From assembly GCA_012519815.1 (NCBI GenBank), contig JAAYPM010000112.1, positions 2,330 to 66,329 of the forward strand: a stretch of 64,000 nt of DNA, read 5' to 3'. The translations under genes and the position numbers were made by a program. The stretch's first letter is position 1; each line of letters opens with the position of its first letter. Shown piece by piece: positions 31,765 through 39,617 of this stretch. The stretch comes from Bacteroidales bacterium (GTDB lineage: Bacteria; Bacteroidota; Bacteroidia; Bacteroidales; UBA1715). The notes under the pieces are model-generated. The model saw only the letters and a list, made by a program, of their open reading frames with translations, was not told the origin of the DNA and ran no database searches.

Positions 31765-33543
31765 ATGAAAAAATTTTTGAAATATGTATTTGCCACTTTT
31801 ACGGGCACTGTGTTAGGAATTTTTGTGATTGTATTAGTTATAGGTGGTGTTATATTGAGTACATCTGGATTGTTTAAAGAACAAACAATTACAATTCCCG
31901 ATAATGCTGTATTAGTAATTTCACTGCAAGAAAAAATAAGCGAAAAAACAATTCATAATCCTTTTGATTCATTTTCGCCAACCGAAAATTCTTCAACTAT
32001 TGGGGTGTTTGATATTTGCCAAAGTATTCAAAATGCAGCAAAAAACGATAAAATTAAAGGTATTGTGCTTTTGCCGAATGTTATAACTGCACAATATTCA
32101 AGTGTGCAAGAAATTCATAAAGCTTTAGTAGATTTTAAACAAAGTGGAAAATTTATATATAGTTATGCCGACATATACTCTCAAAAGGGATATTTATTAG
32201 CAAGTGTTGCCGATAAAATATTTATGAACCCAGAAGGTATGTTTGAACTTAAGGGCATTGTGTCAAATACAATTTTTATTACAGATGTGTTAGAAAAAAT
32301 AGGTATTGAACCCGTTCTTTTCCGTGCTGGAAAATATAAAAGTGCTGCCGAAAATATTACACGTACAAATATGAGCAAGGAAAATCGCGAACAGACGTTT
32401 GCGTTTATTTCTGATGTTTGGAAACAGTATCAACTAAGTATTACAACAAATCGCCCAGCATTATGTGATAATTTTTCAACTATTGTTGATTCATTATTAG
32501 TTTGGAATGCAGAAAGTGCTCATACGTATGGATTTATTGATTCAATTGCATATTATGATTCGTTTCTTTCACATGTTCGAGCAGAGCTTGCAATTAATGA
32601 GACGAAAAAAATTCCTCAAATATCGCTTCAGGATTATATTTCATATATGCAACAGCAACAAACTTTAAAAACAAAATCAGAAGGGAAAATTGCACTTATT
32701 ATTGCAGAAGGTTCTATAGATATGGGCGAAGGCGATGATTCCAGTATTGGTAGCTCGGTATATACTCGTATTATTCGTAATGCTCGACAAGATACAACTA
32801 TACAGGCAATTGTGCTTCGTATTAATTCGGGAGGTGGGTCGGCTCTTGCTTCAGAAATAATTTGGCGCGAGGTGGCATTAGCAGCTCAAACAAAACCTGT
32901 AGTTGTTTCTATGGGCGATTATGCCGCATCGGGAGGATACTATATTGCAACCCATGCCCATACAATTGTAGCAGAGCCATCAACACTTACAGGCTCTATT
33001 GGCGTGTTTGGTATGTATATGAAAACAAATAGTCTTATGCAAAAAATAGGTGTTCATATAGATACTGTAAAAACAAATACTTTTTCTGATTTTGGTTCTA
33101 CAACACGCGATATGCATTCTCGAGAAATTGCGGTAATTACTACCAGTATTGATTCAATATATTCTACGTTTAAACAACGTGTTTCTGAAGGTAGAAATTT
33201 ATCTCTTTCTACAGTTGAGGCTCTTGCTCAGGGCAGAATATGGAGCGGCACACAGGCTCTTGATCTTGGATTAATAGACTCTTTGGGAGGCGTTTTTACA
33301 GCAATTACTATTGCTGCCGAAAAAGCAAATATTGTAGATGATTATTCAATTCAAATATTCCCAAAATCTAAAAGCTATATAGAAATGCTTACGGAAAGTT
33401 TTATGGATTCTAACAATGCGTTTTATGCACATATTGAATCAATTTTTGGAAATGATACGCGTGCCATATATTCATATTTGAAATATATTCCTAAAAAAAA
33501 TGGAGTATATATGCAAGCACCATATACACTTACAATTGAATAA
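31765..33543 (+). CDS. sppA: Signal peptide peptidase SppA, 67K type
   Basis: 592 aa with an N-terminal TM and two tandem S49 (ClpP/crotonase-like) halves. Contains GDYAASGGYYIA and LTGSIGVFG. Confidence 0.9.
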   Translation: MKKFLKYVFATFTGTVLGIFVIVLVIGGVILSTSGLFKEQTITIPDNAVLVISLQEKISEKTIHNPFDSFSPTENSSTIGVFDICQSIQNAAKNDKIKGIVLLPNVITAQYSSVQEIHKALVDFKQSGKFIYSYADIYSQKGYLLASVADKIFMNPEGMFELKGIVSNTIFITDVLEKIGIEPVLFRAGKYKSAAENITRTNMSKENREQTFAFISDVWKQYQLSITTNRPALCDNFSTIVDSLLVWNAESAHTYGFIDSIAYYDSFLSHVRAELAINETKKIPQISLQDYISYMQQQQTLKTKSEGKIALIIAEGSIDMGEGDDSSIGSSVYTRIIRNARQDTTIQAIVLRINSGGGSALASEIIWREVALAAQTKPVVVSMGDYAASGGYYIATHAHTIVAEPSTLTGSIGVFGMYMKTNSLMQKIGVHIDTVKTNTFSDFGSTTRDMHSREIAVITTSIDSIYSTFKQRVSEGRNLSLSTVEALAQGRIWSGTQALDLGLIDSLGGVFTAITIAAEKANIVDDYSIQIFPKSKSYIEMLTESFMDSNNAFYAHIESIFGNDTRAIYSYLKYIPKKNGVYMQAPYTLTIE

Positions 33544-33544
33544 T

Positions 33545-34600
33545 ATGCGAATAATTCGATATGTGTTGTTTCCTTTTTCGTGCATTTATTGGTGCATTAC
33601 TTATATTCGAAATGTGATGTTTGATAAAGGAATTATTTCGCAATCGGCATTTCCAATTCCCATTATTTCATTTGGCAATATTACCGTAGGAGGAACAGGG
33701 AAAACGCCTCATACACAGTATCTTATTTCTAAATTGCAACATACACATTCTGTGGCAACATTAAGCAGAGGGTATAAACGTAAAACAAAAGGATATGTTG
33801 ATACAACACAAACAGAAATAACTCCTCAAATTATTGGTGACGAGGCTTTTATGACTCACAAAAATTTTCCAAATTGCATTGTTGCGGTTTGTGAAAAACG
33901 TGTTGTTGGAGTGCAATCAATTCTTACAAAGCATCCTCATATAAATTGTATAATTCTTGATGATGCGTTTCAGCATCGGCATATTTTACCCGGTTATCAA
34001 ATTCTTCTTGTTGATTATACTCGTCCTATTTGGAACGATTTTGTGTTTCCAACAGGGAATTTACGCGAAGGAACATATGCTGTTGCTCGTGCACATGCAG
34101 TTATAGTAACAAAATGCCCGTTTATTACCGATGATATAAAAAAAATGTGGAGAAAAAAATTGCGATTACAAGCACATCAAAAACTCTTTTTTTCATCTAT
34201 TTCGTACGGAAAACCATATGCAATGTTTTCAAAAAAACATGTTGATTCTTTATCAAAACTTCTTGAAAATAAGCATGTAATACTTATAACAGGTTTAGCA
34301 CGTGCCGATTCATTGTATCAATATATACAAACATATACCGCAAATTTAGTTCATTTTGAATATCCCGACCATTATGAATATACCACAACCGATATTGCTG
34401 ATATTGTGAATGCAACTAAAAATATATCGGAATATGTTATAGTAACTACCGAAAAAGACATGCATAAATTACATTTTGCAGGTTTGCCTGATACCGTTAA
34501 CGGATATGTGATACCAATAGAACCTACGTTTGACGATGAATCAGCTTTTTTACAGGAAATTACCAATTATCTTTCACAAAATTCACTTAAAAACCAATGA
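33545..34600 (+). CDS. lpxK: Tetraacyldisaccharide 4'-kinase
   Basis: P-loop GNITVGGTGKTP and ILDDAFQH. The start at 33545 (MRIIRYVLFPFS) is preferred over the ORF-track start at 33500, which overlaps sppA. Confidence 0.9.
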   Translation: MRIIRYVLFPFSCIYWCITYIRNVMFDKGIISQSAFPIPIISFGNITVGGTGKTPHTQYLISKLQHTHSVATLSRGYKRKTKGYVDTTQTEITPQIIGDEAFMTHKNFPNCIVAVCEKRVVGVQSILTKHPHINCIILDDAFQHRHILPGYQILLVDYTRPIWNDFVFPTGNLREGTYAVARAHAVIVTKCPFITDDIKKMWRKKLRLQAHQKLFFSSISYGKPYAMFSKKHVDSLSKLLENKHVILITGLARADSLYQYIQTYTANLVHFEYPDHYEYTTTDIADIVNATKNISEYVIVTTEKDMHKLHFAGLPDTVNGYVIPIEPTFDDESAFLQEITNYLSQNSLKNQ

Positions 34601-35181
34601 ACTTTTTAGCACATTCATTTTTATCGGGACAAAATAATTTTATACTTATTGGTAATTTTATTGGAGATTTTGTAAAAGGGAAACAGCACGAAACATATCA
34701 AAAAGAAATACAACAAGGTATTCTTTTACACAGATTTATTGATAGTTTTACCGACAACTCGGCTATTACAAAAGAAAGTAAAAAAATATTTGCTTCAGTG
34801 TATGGAAAATACGCTGGAATAATTGTAGATATTATATATGATCACTGTTTATCGGTGCATTGGAATTCTTATACACATGTTCCTCGCAAATTATTTATTG
34901 CACATGTGTATAAAACTTTATCGGTCTATCATCATATTTTGCCGCTTCGGGCACAGCAACTTATTATTTCAATAATACATCATAACTGGATGCAATATTA
35001 TGTGTCATTTTATGGTATAAAAACCGTGTTGCAAAAAATGGCAACTCGCACAACTTTACCAGAACATTCAGATGAATGTGTTCAAATTTTGAGAGATAAT
35101 TATGCAATTTTGAATGAACAATTTCAAGAGTTTTTTCACTCTATTCTATTAGAACTCAATTTTACAACAACGAAAACGTAG
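34597..35181 (+). CDS. acpH: Acyl carrier protein phosphodiesterase
   Basis: 194 aa. N-terminus MNFLAHSFLSG...GNFIGDFVKG is typical of AcpH. It overlaps the lpxK stop by 4 nt. Its last 161 bp lie inside direct-repeat copy A. Confidence 0.85.
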   Translation: MNFLAHSFLSGQNNFILIGNFIGDFVKGKQHETYQKEIQQGILLHRFIDSFTDNSAITKESKKIFASVYGKYAGIIVDIIYDHCLSVHWNSYTHVPRKLFIAHVYKTLSVYHHILPLRAQQLIISIIHHNWMQYYVSFYGIKTVLQKMATRTTLPEHSDECVQILRDNYAILNEQFQEFFHSILLELNFTTTKT

Positions 35182-35246
35182 ATAAAATTTCAATGATTTT
35201 GTCCTTTTTAATAGGTTTTGCAATATAATCGTAGCAACCTAAATCT
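35021..35246. repeat. Direct repeat copy A (226 bp): functional acpH 3' end plus an orphaned copy of the hybrid-kinase 3' end
   Basis: Aligns without gaps to 39392-39617 at a constant offset of 4371, with 9 mismatches (about 96% identity). Confidence 0.95.
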
Positions 35247-35963
35247 CCTGACTTCGTCAATGCGACACCCATTTAAGATTGATTCCAAAAATCAATTTCA
35301 AACAGTTTAGAAATTAATTTGTGTTTTTCTATTATTAGCATAGTTTTAGAGATTGTTTCGTTGCTTTCTTGTGTTTTATCCTTCTGAGTGTCAGAGAGCT
35401 AATCTAAATAACGATAAATCTTATTTAAATCAATATTTTCATCAAAATAAGACTTTAAATAATCGACTGTGGCAACTTTGCTTTGTGGTTGACATATACG
35501 AGATACAACTAAATGCTTCAGGATATCGTCGTTAATTTGATCAAAACCAATGTTTTTATAAATAGGATTTAATATTAATTGAGTTCCGTTTATTAAAATG
35601 TGTTTTATCTTATTTAAAAGGCCTTCTACAACAAGTTTTTCTTCTTCTTGACGAATATGGTCTAAGAACATATCACGTCCTTTAGTCTGTTCCGAAACCC
35701 ATTTTTTTCCTTGTGAATATAGATTATCAATTTCAACAGGATTAGAGTTTGTACCAATTGTTTTAAGATAGCGAATCTTGCCGTTACGTTTCTCGACAAT
35801 TACAACGGTTGTGCTTCCTGATCTATTTGGTTTTTTGCGAACATACATTCTCCAAATTTAGCTGATTTTTTCTTGCGACACCCAAAAAGGTACCGCAAAA
35901 TTTGCAATCCCTTAGTAATCATAACATTATAAATTTATAGAAAAATAAGTGATAAAGTCAGGA
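35246..35963 (-). mobile_element. Internally deleted IS remnant with terminal inverted repeats (IS1634/IS4-like)
   Basis: Tips TCCTGACTT (35246-35254) and AAGTCAGGA (35955-35963) are exact reverse complements. Only 718 bp lie between them, encoding a 149-codon transposase stump. Confidence 0.75.
35399..35848 (-). pseudogene. Truncated DDE transposase (N-terminal 149 aa only), IS1634/IS4-like
   Basis: The N-terminus MYVRKKPNRSGSTTVVIVEKRNGKIRYLKTIGTNSNPVEI resembles Bacteroidota IS1634-family transposases, which are several-fold longer. No DDE core is present. Confidence 0.6.
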
Positions 35964-35978
35964 GGTTGGATTTTCTGA

Positions 35979-36047
35979 CTTGGATATTTTAGTGCCTGCT
36001 TTTTTAAACGCTATGGTATAAAACCATCAGACTATATACGCAAATAA
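35979..36047 (+). pseudogene. C-terminal fragment of an AraC-family HTH regulator gene
   Basis: Translates to LGYFSACFFKRYGIKPSDYIRK*, the characteristic AraC second-helix tail. It is preceded by an in-frame stop and has no start codon. Confidence 0.5.
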
Positions 36048-36296
36048 ACAGTCCTCCATTTTAGTATAGACACCTTGTGTGTAAAATTGCGTGTTGTTAT
36101 TTTTTTGAAAATATTTTGTAGTCGCAAAGAATAATTTTATATTTATTGAAACAAATACCAAAGTCTGTTTTATGCGAAATCAAATAAAAATGATTAAATA
36201 TAAAATTAGATCACCTTAAAAAATAAAATTATTTAACAAAATAATTTTATGTGTAAAAGCTATTATATATAAGTAAAAATTTTTAAATTTTATAAC

Positions 36297-37358
36297 ATGA
36301 AAAAATATATTTCCATATGTTTATTAATGTTTAATATAACATTTATCTATTCTCAAATTCCTGAAAATGATGATAATTGGCAGCTTGAATTTGAGGATGA
36401 ATTTACTATACCAACATTATTAGATACTTATTATTCTCCTAGAGTTTATGTTAATTCTCTAATACATGGGGATTGTGCTGTGAGTTGTACACAAGAACTT
36501 CAATGCTATCAAAAAGCAAATATTGAATATCAAGATGGAATTTTAAAATTGGTTGCTAAAAAAGAAAGAATCTATGAAAGATTAAATGTATTTGAACCAG
36601 AAACCGCTATTTTAAGTGATGGTATACAAAACAAAAGATGGTTTGATTATACCTCTGGAGCAATAATGACACATTCCAGAGAATCCTATGGTTATTTTGA
36701 AATTCGATGCAAAATACCAAAAGGAAAAGGTTTTTGGCCTGCATTTTGGTTATATCACGATCCTGGTTGTAATAAAGGTCGGGAAATAGATATCTTAGAG
36801 TTAAATGGAGAAGCTTCTATTACTGCTAATAATTATGGTGCGACTATACATTATTCATATATTTCTGGTACTGAATGTAAAGGCGGTTCAAGTGGTATGC
36901 AAATTCAGAATTTACCAGATTTGTCACTAGATTATCATACATATTCTGTAGAATGGACTCCTAGTAAAGTATTGTTCTATTTAGATAATAAATTAGTGAG
37001 ATTTTTAAATCATACATACGTACCTTCTGAAGGTATGCATATTATCGTAAATTTAGCAATTGACCCATGGTATTCTCCAAATTTTTCTAATTTCGTATCG
37101 AAATCATTAGATATTGATTATATTAAATATTATAAACTAAAAATGGATTGTGGAGATCCAATTACCTCAAGCGAAGGTAATAACTTCAATTTCTCAAATT
37201 TTGATTATAAAGTAAAAAAATCATTTTCAATAAATAATTCAACACTAATTATAGGCTCTAAAGTTACATTAAGAGCAACAGATTTTATTGAATTTACTCA
37301 GAATTTTAATGTTCCAATTGGTGCTGAATTCAATGCAATTACAGTTCCGTGTCACTAA
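36297..37358 (+). CDS. Secreted glycoside hydrolase family 16 (beta-glucanase/laminarinase-like)
   Basis: Signal peptide, GFWPAFWLY, and the catalytic ExDxxE motif in GREIDILELNGE. The ~80-aa C-terminal extension ends VTLRATDFIEFTQNFNVPIGAEFNAI. Confidence 0.85.
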   Translation: MKKYISICLLMFNITFIYSQIPENDDNWQLEFEDEFTIPTLLDTYYSPRVYVNSLIHGDCAVSCTQELQCYQKANIEYQDGILKLVAKKERIYERLNVFEPETAILSDGIQNKRWFDYTSGAIMTHSRESYGYFEIRCKIPKGKGFWPAFWLYHDPGCNKGREIDILELNGEASITANNYGATIHYSYISGTECKGGSSGMQIQNLPDLSLDYHTYSVEWTPSKVLFYLDNKLVRFLNHTYVPSEGMHIIVNLAIDPWYSPNFSNFVSKSLDIDYIKYYKLKMDCGDPITSSEGNNFNFSNFDYKVKKSFSINNSTLIIGSKVTLRATDFIEFTQNFNVPIGAEFNAITVPCH

Positions 37359-37384
37359 TTAAATAATTTTAAAACTAAAGAAAA

Positions 37385-38369
37385 ATGAAAACAATTAATA
37401 TATTAATTACAACAGTAATTTTATTAATCAATGTAGATTTATATTCTCAAATCAATGTGGATAATGTTGGAGATGTCTCAATTGGACAGGTAATTTACAC
37501 AAAAAAACATAACTTAGGTTATCGTACAATAGAACTAAAATCTCCTAATTGGGATGGGGGATTTATAATTGATAAGTCAGGATATAATAGTATGTCAACC
37601 TTTAGACCTAATACAACTTGGTATGGGTCTCTAGGTACAAGTTCTTATCATTTTGGTGTTGGGTATATTGAACATATATATACTTGGATTTTAACGAATT
37701 ATTCAGATGAGCGATTGAAGGAAAACATTGAAAATATCGAAACTCCATTAGAAAAAATAATAAAATTAAATGGAGTCACATATAATTTGAAAGATTCTAA
37801 TAATATAGAACTTGAATCCAGCGAATATAAAGATCAATCTTTTAAAAAAAAGCAAATTGGTTTTCTTGCTCAAGATTTACAGACGGTTTTTCCTGATCTT
37901 GTTTTTCAAGAATCTGATTCTTCAGAATATTGTATTAATTATATTGGTTTAATTCCTGTGCTTGTTGAATCAATTAAAGAACAACAATCTATGTTAAATT
38001 GAGCAGGAACAGAAGATTAATGAGCTTACAAATTTGTGTAATAATAAAGATAAACAATTAAAAAGTGAAACTAATACAGAAATATTTGAAGATAATAAAA
38101 ATCAATTAAATGCTATTTTATATCAAAATCGTCCAAATCCTTTTGATAGTAAAACAGAAATATTGTGTACTATTCCATTAAATGCATCCTCCGCACAGTT
38201 ATTTGTATATAATTTAGAAGGAATGCAATTAAAAAAAATTGAGATTTTAGACAAGGGTGTTACAAGTATTATTATAGATGGTTCCGCATTGAAAGCAGGA
38301 ATGTATTTGTATACATTAGTTGTTGATAACCTTGAGATTGCAACAAAAAGAATGATTTTAACTAAATAA
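37385..38369 (+). pseudogene. Frameshifted gene: signal peptide, S74 intramolecular-chaperone (tail-fibre C-terminal) domain, coiled coil and T9SS type-A C-terminal sorting domain
   Basis: ORF 37385-38002 carries YSDERLKENIENI...GVTYNLKD...IGFLAQDLQTVFPDLV...LIPVLVESIKEQQ (S74 chaperone domain). Its natural continuation, IEQEQKINELTNL..., runs in the adjacent frame from 37998. ORF 38034-38369 in that frame ends with a T9SS CTD (LYQNRPNPFDSKTEI...LFVYNLEGMQL...GMYLYTLVV...KRMILTK). Confidence 0.7.
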
Positions 38370-38380
38370 TTAAATTAATT

Positions 38381-38941
38381 ATGAAAACTTTAATAAACCT
38401 TTCTCTAATTACACTCGTGTTTTTATGTTTTTTTTCATGCGATGAAAAAGTAGCCCCCCCCAAAAAAACTTATAATTATTTAAAATATAATCCACCAAAA
38501 GTATTGTATCCTAATGATTCAATTCTAATTGATTTAAACAACGATAATTTTAATGATGTGATAATTAAATCATTTTTATTTATAGACTTACCTGATACGA
38601 TACTTAAAAATACCATTTCTATTATTGATACTAGTTTTAAATTAAGTTATGGTCAAAGATATAGTAGTTATTTTGAATTTATTTTAAATGGTGATAGGGT
38701 AAATCCGCAGAATGTTCATTGGTCACAAGAAATACCTATAAGTGGCTATATTAATAGTGTGTCAACGGGTATCTGGAATGATAATAATAATGAAGATAAA
38801 TATTTAGCAATTTTAAAGTGTGATAATGAATTAGTAAAAATGGGTTGGTTAATGTTATCATGTACAGATTCTTCTATAACTTTAAAAGAATTTTATATGA
38901 ATAATATTTCTAATTCTCAAATTATTATTGGAACAAAATAG
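38381..38941 (+). CDS. Hypothetical lipoprotein
   Basis: 186 aa. Signal plus lipobox (LVFLCFFSC). No recognisable domain. Confidence 0.55.
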   Translation: MKTLINLSLITLVFLCFFSCDEKVAPPKKTYNYLKYNPPKVLYPNDSILIDLNNDNFNDVIIKSFLFIDLPDTILKNTISIIDTSFKLSYGQRYSSYFEFILNGDRVNPQNVHWSQEIPISGYINSVSTGIWNDNNNEDKYLAILKCDNELVKMGWLMLSCTDSSITLKEFYMNNISNSQIIIGTK

Positions 38942-38954
38942 CCATAATACATAG

Positions 38955-39131
38955 CTAAAACCGTTATGGGCAAGCTTTAAAAAACTCCTTTCAAAAACAG
39001 ACGATGAATGGTTTGACATAGTATGTGAATTAATTAACAATAAAAACACACGAAAAACAATAATTGAACGCTATTCTATTGATGCGTTTGTAGAAAAATA
39101 TATTGTTTTATTTCATAAACTTGTACAATAA
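38955..39131 (+). pseudogene. C-terminal fragment of a glycosyltransferase-like gene
   Basis: A 58-codon open frame without a start codon: ...DEWFDIVCELINNKNTRKTIIERYSIDAFVEKYIVLFHKLVQ*. It resembles the C-terminal tail of GT-B glycosyltransferases. Confidence 0.35.
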
Positions 39132-39190
39132 AGAAATCTTTATCGTATTTCTGAAATACTCCCTATTGTTAGGACAGTTTTGTTATCTTT

Positions 39191-39391
39191 TTAAGATAGC
39201 GAATCTTTCCGTTGCGTTTCTCGACAATCACAACGATTGTGCTTCCTTATCTATTTGGTTTTTTGCGAATATACATTCTACAAAATTAGCTGATTTTTAT
39301 TTGCGACACCCAAAAAGGTGTCGCAAAATTTACAAGTCCTTAGTAATCAGAGCATTATAAATTGACAGAAAAATAAGTGATAAAGTCAGGA
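39191..39391 (-). mobile_element. Second, 201-bp fragment of the same IS end (transposase 5' end plus terminal repeat), same orientation as the first
   Basis: Aligns without gaps to 35763-35963 (offset 3428) at roughly 90% identity. It ends in the same tip AAGTCAGGA (39383-39391), directly abutting repeat copy B. The transposase ATG is retained at 39276, but a stop occurs at codon 10. Confidence 0.85.
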
Positions 39392-39617
39392 AAACCGTGT
39401 TGCAAAAAATGGCAACTCGCACAACTTTACCAGAACATTCAGATGAATGTATTCAAATTTTGAGAGATAATTATGCAATTTTGAATGAACAATTTCAAGA
39501 GTTTTTTCATTCTATTCTATTAGAACTCAATTTTACAATAACGAAAATGTAGATAAAATTTCAATAATTTTATCTTTTTTAATAGGTTTTGCAATATAAT
39601 CGTAGCACCCTATATCT
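39392..39617. repeat. Direct repeat copy B (226 bp): orphaned acpH 3' end plus the functional hybrid-kinase 3' end
   Basis: See copy A. This copy supplies the last 28 codons and stop of the 39533-43129 gene. Confidence 0.95.

Noticed and set aside
35353-35535. 60-aa plus-strand ORF inside IS remnant 1
   Set aside because: It is antisense to the transposase stump and has no supporting features.
37994-38002. Possible programmed +1 frameshift at AAT-TGA-G, analogous to prfB
   Set aside because: Re-pairing of an Asn tRNA from AAU to AUU is poor, and I see no upstream Shine-Dalgarno-like stimulator. A simple inactivating frameshift in an imported decaying island is more likely. It is kept only as a low-probability alternative in the findings.
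39103-39360. 85-aa plus-strand ORF spanning the glycosyltransferase-tail fragment and IS fragment 2
   Set aside because: It crosses two unrelated relic sequences, and its right half is antisense to the transposase 5' end. Coding is not plausible.
35021-39617. The 226-bp direct repeats as attL/attR of an integrative element or prophage. The S74 tail-fibre-type domain initially suggested phage.
   Set aside because: No integrase, excisionase, capsid, terminase or other phage genes are present. The junctions coincide with IS tips instead. S74-domain proteins with signal peptides and T9SS tags are common chromosomal genes in Bacteroidota.
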